From contig JAUZTB010000135.1 of assembly GCA_034780895.1 (NCBI GenBank), positions 81,503,613 to 81,567,612 on the forward strand: a stretch of 64,000 nt of DNA. Direction: 5' to 3'. The notes beneath the pieces are model-generated. The model was not told the origin of the DNA. It worked only from the letters and a program-made list of their open reading frames with translations, and ran no database searches. The translations under genes and the position numbers were made by a program. The stretch's first letter is position 1, and the number at the start of each line of letters is the position of its first letter. Of this stretch, positions 25,826-37,650 are shown piece after piece. Source of the stretch: Rhynchobatus australiae (lineage: Eukaryota).

Positions 25826-27139
25826 GTGAGTTTAAAAAAAAATGAAGAAATAGTTCAATGGTGTATTAGATTCGTATGGTAGTCAGTTTAGTTTGTGAAG
25901 TTTTGAAAACATAGAACTCATTCACTTACTACAATACAAAAGCAGTTTACCAGGATTTCTATCGACAAATTGTAACTAATCTGCAATAATTATTCTTAAT
26001 GTAATATTTACAACATTTATACTATATTAGCATTTTCTTGTTATTTTAGAAATAACATCAGATTGATGATCAACATCTGACTGAAAAATTTCTAATTTTT
26101 GCACTTTCTTTACAGGCTTTATTGAATGAGAATTTGATTTGTGGCTACCAGTTTCCTTGCCTTTACAGAGAGCATTAGATACTTAAATTTTGTATCTGGG
26201 CCTAGTGTGCCCAAACTGCATCTAATACCATATTGAATTTGATAGTTTTTAGTCATTCGAGCTAACAGGTGAAACACTTTGTTTTATATTGGAAAACAAA
26301 CAGACCTATTAATTTCCATATTTAATCATGTTCACTTGCATAATTAATGCAATCTATATAAAAAGTGGAATAAACAATTGGTGAACTCCTTTTCCTAGCC
26401 CAATAGATGTTGTCAACCTGGAAAGAGAAGAAGGGAGGGACAAGGCATTAGTGACAAGGTTAGCAGAGATAAATGAGTGGCAGCTGAAAGAAGCACCACC
26501 CTGTCATGTGGGGAAGAAAGAGGAAGAGAATTCCTCTGACTATGTCACATATTGCATTTCTGATTTATCTGTTAGTTCCCGTGCGGCCTTGCCTAATGTG
26601 CAGTGGATTTGCAGGGACAGTGACCTACTTGCTGCTCACATTTGCTCCCTGGTTTTGTCAATCAGTTCGTTCTGAAGAAGGGAGGAGTGCTACTGGATGC
26701 CCTGCTGAAAGATTCTTAAGATGTGCACACCAAGACAAAGTATTTGTGATTAGTGCAGAGGTGGTATAGATTTGGTGAAATAAGGGAGTGACTGTAAGGG
26801 CAGCAGCAGCTGCAGATTGTGCCAGCATCATCAAATGGAGATATTGTTTCTGTTACTGTTGCAGAGGAAAGGGAAAGCTCAGCAAAATATTGAGAATACG
26901 GAGGCAAAAGGTGGTACAGGACAAAAATCAAGAATCAGAGAGATGCGACGAGGAGCCTTTCCTGAGCACACCTGAAACTGTTGTTGAATTTGTTGGAAGA
27001 TTGCAGTCAGGCTATGGCTGCATTGCACTGCTGCATCTGACCACAACTAATTGTGTCAGTGATAACTTCATCTTATTGAAAAACAGTGTGATGCTGGAGG
27101 AACTCAGCAGGACAGGCAGCATCCGTGAAGAAGAATAGG

Positions 27140-27177
27140 CGGTCAATGTTTCGGGTCAGGACCCTTCTTCAGGACTG
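27140..27177 (-). ncRNA. Minimal type I hammerhead ribozyme motif with intact CUGAAGA/GAAA core
   Basis: Minus strand CAGUC CUGAAGA A GGGUC CU GACCC GAAAC AUU GACCG; one mismatch in stem I and one in stem III. Confidence 0.7.
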
Positions 27178-27802
27178 ACGATAGGAAAAGGAGAAGCCCA
27201 ATATATAGGAAGGAAAAGCAGAACAATTATAAGTGGACAGACNNNNNNNNNNAGAGGTAGATACAGGTGAGAGATAGTAATAGGCAGGTGCAGGGGAGGA
27301 GGGGAGACCAGACCAGGTGACCATCTCGCAGGACACCTGCGCTCTGTCCGTAACCACGATCTGTATCTCCCCATTGCCAGTCACTTCAACTTCCCCTCCC
27401 ACACTATCACTGATGCGTCAGTCCTTGGCTTCCTCCACTACCAGGAGAATTCCAAGCACAAACTGGAAGAACAGCACCTCAGTTTCCACCTTGGAACCTT
27501 GCAGCCAAACAGCATGAACATTGAATTCTCCCATTTTAAATAATCCCCACCTCCACCTTCCCCACAAGCTCCCTCCTCCACCATGCTTCTTCTCTTCTTC
27601 CCTTTCCTAGCCTTTTTTCTTTTCTCTCCTCACCTTTGACCCATCCCCCAGTGGATCTGGTCTCCCCTCCTCCCCTGCACCTGCCCATCACTATCCCTCA
27701 CCTGCATCTACCTATCACCACCTTGTGCCTCTGCTCTTTTGTCCACCTATCACTGCTCTGTTTTTTCCCTCCTATATATTGGGCTGCCCCTTTTCCTATC
27801 TT

Positions 27803-27839
27803 CAGTCCTGAAGAAGGGTCCTGACCCAAACGTTAATTG
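27803..27839 (+). ncRNA. Hammerhead motif, probably inactive (G12 missing)
   Basis: CAGUC CUGAAGA A GGGUC CU GACCC -AAAC GUU AAUUG. Confidence 0.6.
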
Positions 27840-28466
27840 CCTTCTTTTCTCCACGGATGCTGCCTGTCCTGCTGAGTTCCTCTAGCATCGTAATGTTTTT
27901 CATCTAGATTCCAGCATCTGCAGTCCCTTGTTTCTCTACTTCATCTTATTGGCTGAAAACCTCCTTGTGAGGACCTCTGGAATTGTGCCTGAAATTTAGA
28001 CAAAAAAGTAGTTGTCCACTTGATGGGCTATATTGCAATCAAGGAAAAGGATTTCATCAATGTCTTACTTCCATACTTCCACTTTTTTTTTATATATATT
28101 ACGTTGATTTATACTGATGAACAGTGTTTAAAATGGAAATTAGTAGGCCTCATGGGAATGATTCAAAAATGGAAAGTACTTTAACGTTACCTTTCAGATG
28201 AGACTAAAGCTGGCTGTTAATATCCTAATTTAAATGATGCCTTTTGCTCACGTCATTAGATACATTTATCAACTAGCCCAATTTAATGCTTATTTTTAGT
28301 GCAAGTTGAGTTTCCCTGCCCCCTTCCCTATTTTCTGGTCTATAGTTAGGTATCTATATAATCTTTGGTAATGGCATGCTTAAATGTAACAGTGTTCTGT
28401 TTAAGATAGATTCCCACATACCGTACATAAATTGATAATACTCTTTATTTCATGTGTACTTCTCAG

Positions 28467-28597
28467 CAATCAAGCATTTGTAGAGCTGCAATGCATTACG
28501 GAATTCTGGACAATGAAGGTGGTTGGGTAGATGTTACCAGACAAGGAAAGAAGCCATTTTTTATAAAATCCAACAGAAATGGGATCCAATCAGTTGG
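28467..28597 (+). CDS. CRISPLD1: CRISPLD1 exon 10 (LCCL-1)
   Basis: [43 protein letters not shown](G); 131 nt. Confidence 0.97.
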
Positions 28598-29592
28598 GTG
28601 AGCGTTTGTGACTTCAATTGAAGCCTATTTGTACACCAATGCAAAGAAGTCATTAATTAGGGCTCTACTGTGACACTATTACATGTGCAGCTTCAAAATG
28701 AGAGACCAGGAGTGTTGAATTTTCCTCTAAATCACTTAATGTCCTTTTGAATATTTGTTCTGCATAGTGTGTACATTCAAAGGACCTGAAGAAATTAGCA
28801 GCCGTGAAAATCCATGAGCACAGATTAGAGCAGTCTTTCATTAATCAAGTCTATTAGCACTCTCTATCACTGAGTCGTGGAGGAGATGAGTGAGCTTGGG
28901 GTGTAACAGTGGGGTATTAGTGTGATGCTGTGAGAGGGTAGAATGTTTACTTGAGGCTGGAAGATGCACCTATCACTGAGTACACCTTGTACCTGAGTAC
29001 ACTGAGTGAACCTTGCTGATCAATACTGCCAGAAGCTCCAGAGTTTTGTACCAAGTGAGCAATTGTCCAAACACTCAATCCCACTACTCCCAACACCACT
29101 GAATTCCTGCCAAGGACCCTTTGCAGTCTCACCACCTTCCTGCAGAAGCAATGTAGTCAGCTTCCTGATCACAGAGCAGAGTCTAAAATTCAAAAGGTTG
29201 AGGGTCCACGATGTTTCATAAACAGACTCCCTTTTATCCAAAGGACTCATTACCGCCCTTTTACACCTCATACCACAAGGGGCTCTAGTCTACTGTCTGA
29301 CACTGGGACTGCTGAGGGAATCCCATTGTGCAGAATGCTAAACGTGAAGGCAACTAGAGGGAAAGGAAAAGGAACGGGGCTGAGGTGTGAAGGAAAGGCT
29401 GTGAGATTAAAAAGAGAGGAGGTGAGAGAAGAAAGAGAATGCAGGAGAAAAGTTAGAAGGAAGTGTTTAAAGAAGTATCAGAGATGAAAGTTTTTATAAT
29501 TGAATTGATTCAAAGATTATTCCCCACTCTATATTTGATTATGGTTTATAGATTTTCATTCTTCAGCTAACATATTTCTTCCTTTGTTTCAG

Positions 29593-29636
29593 TAAATATC
29601 GACCTGCCAATTCATTTACTGTTTCTGAAGTACCAG
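29593..29636 (+). CDS. CRISPLD1: CRISPLD1 exon 11
   Basis: KYRPANSFTVSEVP; 44 nt. Confidence 0.93.
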
Positions 29637-29724
29637 GTTAGTTCCTTAAATGTAAATTCTAAACATTTTATTGTAGTTTTGTTTTTATTATTAACTATAA
29701 CTTTAATTTTGTTTTCCTTCATAG

Positions 29725-29797
29725 TCCGATCTGCTACCTGCCAGACAAGAGCACATCAAATATGCACATTCAGAAAGCCAGTTTCACATTGTCCGAG
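29725..29797 (+). CDS. CRISPLD1: CRISPLD1 exon 12 (LCCL-2 start)
   Basis: (V)RSATCQTRAHQICTFRKPVSHCP(R); 73 nt, after an 88-bp intron. Confidence 0.93.
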
Positions 29798-30567
29798 GTA
29801 AGTGAGAATGAATGGTTATCACTCCAACAACTTATTCTGCATGTAGTCCCTCTCCATTGACAATGTGGACTATTCTTCAGCTGTGGGCTTTTGGGGCATG
29901 AATGCAGTCTGGAGAACAGAGGGCTGGGTGGGAATGGGAGCAGGGTGGCAATTGCAGGAGCAGCTGAGTGCCTCGGTAGGCACAGGGGAGGTCAGTGGTA
30001 TCTCTGAGTGATAGCTGCTCCTTCCTCGATACCGCTGCTGGTTTTCTTGAACCTTGGGAAGTCTGGCCATTAGCAGTCAACCTTAAATTGGGCTTCCTTT
30101 AAATATGCTCTTGAAGTGATAAGTCTTTCCAAAATGGGGCACCTGTGCACTTCACTGGTCCCACTGGATGTAGAGATGGAAGGTGTTTACAGATGTATTT
30201 TTTAATCTTAACTTCATTGGCAATATTGCTTTCAGTTGCAGAGTCTTGAAACTCTAAAATTCCCTCCTTCTTAGTACTTCTGTCTTCTCCATAGAATACC
30301 AAGTTCAGGCAGGCATCAGGTGGTCATAACATAGATATGAAGAAGGCTGACTGACTTTGAGAGTAAATTGCTTAGCATATTGCATGTATGGTACCACACT
30401 CATTAGGATAGCATATGTCCAAAGCCTTTTCTTCAATGTTTTTCTTTTGATGAAGTACCTTTTTGACAGTGAGAACCACGTTACATGGTCCATATGGTTG
30501 CTGATGCTTGTGTCTGTTTTACTTGAACCAAAGTGCTGAATCCATGTGTTTCCCTCCCAATTTTCAG

Positions 30568-30643
30568 GATGTATTGTCCACCAAACTGTATGGAGGAAAA
30601 TCCACATCTGGCTCGGGTAATTGGTACCCGGTTCTACTCTGAT
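30568..30643 (+). CDS. CRISPLD1: CRISPLD1 exon 13 (LCCL-2)
   Basis: MYCPPNCMEENPHLARVIGTRFYSD; 76 nt. Confidence 0.95.
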
Positions 30644-30709
30644 GTAAGTACCTAGAATGGATTTTGCTGAATTTTTTTTTAATTAGTTATATTGTTCCCA
30701 ATAATATCA

Positions 30710-31295
30710 GTGTCAGCAGTGGCTCAACTGGTGGCGCTCTGACTTCTGACTCAGAAGTTTCCAGGTTCCTGATCTAGTCCAGAGAGTTGCGTGCAAAACT
30801 TTAGATTGATAGTCCAGTGTGGTATTGGTTTATTATTGTCACTTGTACTGAGGTACAGTGAAAAGCTTGTCTTATAAACCGATCGTACAGGTCAATTCAT
30901 TACACAGTGCAGTTACATTGAGTTAGTACAGAGTGCGTTGATGTAGTACAAGTAAAAATAATAACTGAAGGCACAGCAGAGAAACAGTTTTTAAGTGAAG
31001 CATTTTTACAGACACCCCGTCTGCTTTCTCATGTGGGCATAAAAGACCCCATGGCACTATTTTGAAGAAGAGCAGGGATATTATTTTCAGTGTTCTGGCT
31101 AATACCTATCCATCAATCAACAATTCTAAAACTGTTTAGTTGGTCACTATTGCATTGCCATTTGTGGCAGCTTGCTGTCTGCAAATTGATTACTTTATGA
31201 TGGTGACTGCACTTCATAAGTACTTTGTTAACTGTAAATGTCTCTAAGATGTTCTGAAACGGACGTGAAAGGCAGAACATAAATGCAAGAATTTC
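30710..31295 (+). mobile_element. Near full-length DeuSINE (SacSINE1-like), interrupted by a LINE tail
   Basis: tRNA-like head gtggctcaactggtggcgctctgac, Deu-like core taaaagaccccatggcactattttgaagaagagcaggg, tail gtgaaaggcagaacataaatgcaag. Confidence 0.75.
30821..30962 (-). mobile_element. LINE 3' tail (Rex1-like) inserted in the DeuSINE
   Basis: Minus strand ends gcttttcactgtacctcagtacaagtgacaataataaaccaatacc. Confidence 0.6.
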
Positions 31296-31414
31296 TTTCT
31301 CATGTTATAATTATCATGTTAACCATTTCCAAGTAATAGGTTTGATATCTTCTCAATTTCCTTCATTGAATATTGTGACTGGAACATATTTTTAAAATGT
31401 ATTATTATTAGAAT

Positions 31415-31920
31415 ATACAAACATAAAAATTAGGAACAGGAAAAAGCCACTTGATCCCTTCAGGTTTGCTCCAACATTTAATCAGATCAGCCATGATCCT
31501 ATTATAATCTCAGCTCTCCCACAGTACCTTATACTTCAATAATTTCCAACAAGATGAAATATCCTTTGCACCTCTACCCTGTGAAGACCCCTCAACATCT
31601 TTCTGTCAAGTCCATTCTAACTCCTCTGAACTCCAACCAATACAAGCCTGATCTGTCCAACCTTTCCTCCTAAAACTGTCCATTCCACGTATTAATCTAG
31701 GAACCTTATTTGACGTGCTACCAACACATTAGCATGTTCCTTAAGTAAGGAGACCGGTAATGTAGATCTTCATAACTCCCCTAGTAATAAAGATAACATT
31801 CTATTATCTCTCTTAATTACTTGCACTGCTGGCATTCTAGCCTTTTATAAATCATGCACTAGGATACTCAAATCCCTCTGCATGTCAGAGCTCTGCAATC
31901 TCTCACCATTGATATACTGT
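31415..31920 (-). mobile_element. CR1 LINE 3' fragment
   Basis: Starts with a reverse CR1 tail (aacataaaaattaggaacagg...ttgctccaacatttaatcagatcagccatgatc). Confidence 0.6.
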
Positions 31921-31999
31921 GCTGTTTTATTATCACATACATTGAGTTACAAATTTCACATAAGGAGTGTATTGTGGAAAATGAAAGTTTATTAGATTA

Positions 32000-32770
32000 T
32001 TCTTGATTTTTCATTAAACCAGACAAAAGTGGAAGTGACAGAAATGACAACCGAGTATGAAATTTTCCAAAGCAGCTCCCTATCAACAGAAGGTGATTGA
32101 TGAGTTTGGCCTCAATTTTCTTATGAAATGTGCTGACAAAACCATAAAGTGATTTATTTGAAAAAGCTGATCTGATGACCAGAGTAATAATGAGCAAGAA
32201 AACCCAGATAATCAATAACCAAATCTCTTAGCTGTCTATCATACACGTTTTTTACATCATTAAAATACCATGGAGAGAAATGGAAAATAATCAAAAGGGA
32301 TAATGAGCTAAGAAGGATGAGAAGGACTGTTTGGGATTGGAGGATGCTAGGTATATACCAGGCTCTTGTTAGATCACAGCTAGAATAAAATGAACAGTTT
32401 TGGGCAGCATAATGTAAACATATATTGACCTTGGAGGGAGTGTATTTCAAAAGTTAGGTTGTAAAGCAAAGTTGCATACACCAGGGAAGTATTCCCTTGC
32501 ATTTGGAGGATTTATGGATGCTTTGCTTGAAATTTTGTAAATTTTGTGGAGTAGATGGAGAGAAACATTATCTGTTGGTTTGAGTGTCCAGAACACTTAA
32601 CCCATTGTCTAAAAGTTCAAGGCAAGTGTTTCAGAAGTAAGATGAGGAAAGCCTCTCTTCACAAAGGGTGTCAGAGATCATGAACTTATCCAGAAATAAT
32701 AATTGAATTAAGTGTTAAATTTAAATGTGGTATTGATTTGAATTTTGTTAAACAAAATAGGGTATATTTG
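32000..32770 (+). mobile_element. Highly degenerate CR1 LINE fragment
   Basis: ttgaccttggagggagtg and gatgaggaaagcctctcttcacaaagggtg resemble the CR1 ORF2 C-terminus. Confidence 0.45.
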
Positions 32771-34439
32771 CTGAGAAAATGGATTGCTTAGTGCCCATGT
32801 TTTATGTATTTGATTTCAGCTAGAGTAGATAATGCTAGCAATCATTTCTAGGTGAAATTGTACTGATCAATTNNNNNNNNNNGATCAATTGACTTGCTCT
32901 TGTTCCAATGTACCTAGTTTGATCTGACCCAGAGTCACAACTTTCAAACTCTATCCTTCAGTGAGTTCCTAGGCCAAATGCTGCTGTGAGTTTTGGAATG
33001 ATCCAGCTTATAATTTGGAAAAAAACACTTTGATGGTCCAAGTTATTCATACAATATATTCTAGGAAAGATGCCACCACTTGGACCAGCTATGGCTCTGT
33101 GTTTGAGGTACAAATCCTTCCAGAGAAATTGGAGTCAAAAACCAAACTGATATTTATTTATTATTACTTTTTGTTTGCCAAAATTCTGTGGAAAATTTTA
33201 CAGTAGAGGTACAGAGAACAACAGTCCTACAGTGATGCCATCCTTTCCGGAATGAATTTAATGAAGGAAAGTAAGTCATATATCCATGGGTGGTAAAAAT
33301 ATGTAATGTTACAAGTGGCAGTTCCACATTACATCAGCGTGGGTAAAATAAGTTAAAATTTACGTCTGTAATAAAATATTGCCCCATTTTTTCATACCTT
33401 TAATGCACTGTGAAAAATTTGCCTAATTTGCAGTGTTTTATACTAATTAAAACTGACTCTCACTCTACATTTGAAGCTTTGCACCTGATATGCAATAGAC
33501 CTCACTTATTCCAAAAAGTTTATATAACTCTGTAAAGTTTTCCTTCTAAATCTTAGAGGGAATCTATCATATGCCTACACACCAATACGATACCACATTA
33601 ATAAAGTTAAACTTTTAAAGCTTTTAATCTCAATATTTCATCAATTTTATTGAGAGATATTTATTGCAGTAAGCATTCCAATATTTTATTCAGGGTGCTC
33701 AAGAATGTTCAAACTTTTATCACCAGATTTACAGACATGAACCATGAACCCTTTATAGCTTGGGATCACAAACTCCTTGGAACACTGGCAGTCATGTGGC
33801 AATTTGCTTTTGATAAATTGCTGAAAACCATGATTTTGATTTTATTCACTAATGGCACGTGCAGGATATGCATTTAAAATGCATATTAGCAATTCCTTTT
33901 GCTTTGTGTGCATTTGAATGTAAATGGAATGCACTGTATATGAATTTGAGCTGCTGAGCAAAATTTTTTCCAGCACATTGCATACTGCTTTGCTTGCACT
34001 TTTAATTGTGAATTATTATTGTGCTTTTCAGCAAATTGGGTACCATGGTGGAACATACATTATGCATGCATGCCAGAAAATTGTAGGAAAGGCATTTTGT
34101 GATGTAGGTCATCATGCAATTCTGATTAATGCCTATACTGCCTTGGGCCACCGCAATCCAGCCAATACAATGTGTAAACCATACGGAGAAAAAAATGACA
34201 TTTAGTGCAAAAAAACTAAATTCAGTGGAGGGAAGTAGGTTGCCATTTGACTGAGAAGTGAATTCTGCAATCTCCGCAGAGATTACTGAGCAGGGGCTGA
34301 TATGAAATATCTGTTAAACTTTGTCACAAATAGGGAATTAGGGGATGATGGGACTTGGCATAGTAGGGAGAACTAGAGGGCCTGAAGAGCAGGTCGAGTT
34401 CCCAGCAGAGCCAGCAAAAGGAAGGGCTCTGGCGCTTTA

Positions 34440-35060
34440 GTCAGGAGGAACCCTCCTGCTAGACATTTTGGGAAAAACCTTGTTGTGCAAGAAGCTGCAA
34501 GATCCTAGACTCTGATTCACCAAGGAGGTCGTGACGGAGACTTGCCACTTGCTGCCTGTAGTCACAGCCACAGGGTCACACCTGGACTGCTCTGCCTATG
34601 GCTGGATAGGTCTACAGCTCATAAGTTTTTCCTGTTTGTTTCATGTTTTCTTTGAATAAAGAGAAGCAGGCAATCTAATCACAAACTTCACAGACATTGT
34701 GGGCTCTCAATGATGCAAGGTGATTGATTACAACCATATCATCTTAAGGCAACCATTGGACGATGTGGAACTCTGTTGGAACTCTGTAGTGTTTCACTGT
34801 CAAAGTATGGATATTGCCAGCGATTACAGCCAGTGCACCTGGCCAGTAGACGGCAGACATACTAATAGGGTCCCACATGACATATTGATGTTATGGCAAT
34901 TAGCCATGCCACTATATTCCAATTGCTATGCCACTATATTCCAATTGCCATGCCAATGAGTGGCTGCTGGGTGACAAGGTTTAACCACTGTGTACTTGAC
35001 TGTTGCCTCCAGTCAGGTTGCATGAAGAAGAGCAGGGTGTTCTTCTAATGCAGTTATGCA
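34440..35060 (+). mobile_element. PIF/Harbinger transposase remnant
   Basis: RL*FTKEVVTETCHLL from 34507, HDILMLWQ near 34876, and WLLGDK at 34961-34978 (HD..I and WLLGD.GY motifs of DDE_Tnp_4/HARBI1-type transposases). Confidence 0.6.
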
Positions 35061-35289
35061 ACCACCCATAACATCATAATGGTTTCAGGGCTGAATCTGC
35101 TCTGTCGGCACATTCCAGTAGCTCAGAGAGGCATATTCACTTCTTCGTGGCTTGCTGCTCTAACTACAATATTGTCCTTGCCTGTAACTGCAGTTTTGGA
35201 GAAGGTGATGGGGGCCCTTTCTGGCTACTGGGACAGACAGTTATCTTTATGTTCCAGTGAGGAGCAAGAATCTCTCATTACCTACATCC

Positions 35290-35900
35290 TAGAATCTACA
35301 ATTGACTGGAAGCATACTTGGACCAGATAGATGTGTGGATATAAGAAGACATCAGAGACTAGCTGTTCCCAGCAGAACCTAACTCATTACTCCCCAAAGC
35401 CTATCTACCAGCTCCAAGGAATGTTAGCAGTATGATGGAATACTCTTTCACTTGCCTAGATGCATGCCTCTTCATCAAAAGTCAAAGCTCATTTTTATCC
35501 CGGACAAAACAGTTCTACTTGACACCAGATCTATTACCTTGACCATTCCTTCTACCACCGGTGTAGGAAGGCTGCAACGTGTGCTGTCTACAATAGGTAC
35601 TGCAGCAACTTGCCAAGCTTTCTTCCAGAGCACTCCCATCTTTACCACATAGAAGGTCAAGGGAACACAGCACCTCCCTCCCACTCACTAACTCTCCTGC
35701 CATGGAAATATTCCCCTGCTTGTTTCTGGGCTAAAATGCTGAAATAGCCCTACCATATAATATTCAGGGAGTATCTTCACCAGATGTAAGGCAGTAGGTT
35801 AAGAAGACAGCTCCCCACCAATTCCTTCAAAGTAAATTAGGAATTATCATTATTCCTGAATTGTCAACATAGCTCGCATCCCAAAATAAACAAAAATGAA
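35290..35900 (+). mobile_element. CR1-clade LINE 3' fragment, same family as 1090-2398
   Basis: Collinear similarity to 1770-2398 (tggaccag, cccaaagcctatctacc, cagcaacttgccaagctt, accttcacc-like 3' region). Confidence 0.6.
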
Positions 35901-37244
35901 AAAATATTCTTCATTCCACCACAGTTCCCATTCCTTGATCATTGGTCATCTCTGCATTAGTGGACACAGGCTAAACCCTATCAGCATTCTGAACTACATT
36001 TATGCATACAAAATAGATCAAAAGCATACAAATGCAGAATAATATCCCTCGTGTATCTGCATATTCTCTCTACTCTGGTCCTGAAGTGCCATGTGAGAAT
36101 GAGCATAATGTGATGTTTTCCCCAAAGCTGGCTACACAGTCTGGCAGCCACGTTACTAAGGGCTAGTATTCTCATCTATTGCCAGAGTTTGTCCCTCCAT
36201 GCCAGGTGTGTTATTGTTGGTACCAGTTATGTGCCTAAGGGAGGTTTAGTAGTGTGTCTATGTGATGTGCCTGACGTAGTTGGAAAAACTAGCAGTGTGC
36301 AGAAGATGATATGTGGGTTTGTGTCTTAGAGTAGAGGCAAGTGTGTTAGGTTGTGGTGTGTCATTTGAATGTTTGGTAGGTGTGCTGATTGGACTTTTAG
36401 AAAACTATGGGGGTTTAATATATGAAGTGCTATGTGCGGCTGATAATGTGTTTGTTCGAACTGATGGCTTCATTGACCTTGACTGTATGTATTAAACTTG
36501 CATTTATCCAGTTTAACCCAATCTGTGCATAAGCTGTCCAATGTAAAAATGGAATTAACCTCTCTAGTGTTAAAATTTGTGGACTTTATCAATCGTTCTT
36601 GGGCATTTTATTACTTCACTCTACACAGCAATTGGTTCTTAAATAGTGAATTACTCCTCCTGACCCCACAAAAATTCTCCCACGGGCCATTTCTTGAATG
36701 GCCACCATTTTGATCTTCCTAATGTTGCCTAGTGGAATTCAAGGGAGAATAATGAACTGAAAATATGACGGTTGAAGCACCTGAGATACTAAATGGTGTA
36801 AGTGACCCACTGCACAACGTTAAAGAGGGTTATGTAATGAAGTGTGAACTATTGTTGCAAAAACTCTGTGTTGCAGAATGCATTGAAATTCGCAGAAATA
36901 AGGAGCAAAGCTGCAGCGTAAAAATAATGGTACCGTAAAGCTTACCTGGAATACAAAATAACTCCTATTCAAAACCATAGTTAGCTTTGTAAGAAACATG
37001 CTAAGATAGATGATACAGTTATAGCGTTGCACTGGCAAGAAGTTGAAGGAAATTTAAGCAAACGTTTTTAGTTCTGCATCCCAGGAGGAAGCCAAGCAAT
37101 TAATGGAAACCATGGGGCTGAAAGTGAGTGATTTTATTGGAAATGGCACAATGAGGACTTGTTTGAGACCAGTCAAATACTGATGCACATTTGGCTAGTG
37201 TAATGTTATTATCAAATCCACAATCGGCATCCTGTAAAAGAAGT

Positions 37245-37650
37245 GATCTGCATTTGCTTTTCAGCCATTCTTTACAAATGCCATACATCTCAAGGTGCTT
37301 TTCAGCCAATGAAGTAATTTTGAAGTATATTCATTTTTGCAGGAAACTCTGCATGTAGCAAGCTCCTACAAGTAAAAATATGATTACTTAGTAATTAGTA
37401 TTTAGTATTATTAAATAATAGTATTTAGTATTATACTAGAATTAGTATTTAGTAATGTTGATTGTGGAATAAATATTGGCAGGGATACTCGGATCAACTT
37501 TTCCGGCTACCTTTATTATAGTGCCATGGGATCTTTTAAGTTCACATGAAAGAGCAACTGGGGCTCAATTGAATGCCTTAGTCAAGAGAAGGGCAGCATC
37601 TCCAACCGAGTTACAATCCCTCTGTGCTGTGTGAACCCAGATTTTTATGT
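37245..37650 (-). mobile_element. DeuSINE (SacSINE1-like) with internal TTAGTA-type AT-rich expansion
   Basis: atagtgccatgggatctttta is the reverse Deu core; AT-rich tandem tract at ~37388-37455. Confidence 0.7.

Larger units (their letters stand above)
27079..27937 (+). mobile_element. 5'-truncated Penelope-like element with inverted terminal copy and 14-bp TSD
   Basis: Encodes the GIY-YIG C-terminus HLRSVRNHDLYLPIASHFNFPSH...KLEEQHLSFHLGTLQPNSMNIEFSHFK*. 27079-27311 is inverted to ~27656-27900. ACTTCATCTTATTG flanks both ends (27065-27078, 27938-27951). Confidence 0.9.

Noticed and set aside
32865-32890. gatcaatt repeated around a 10-N gap
   Set aside because: Typical gap-overlap artefact.
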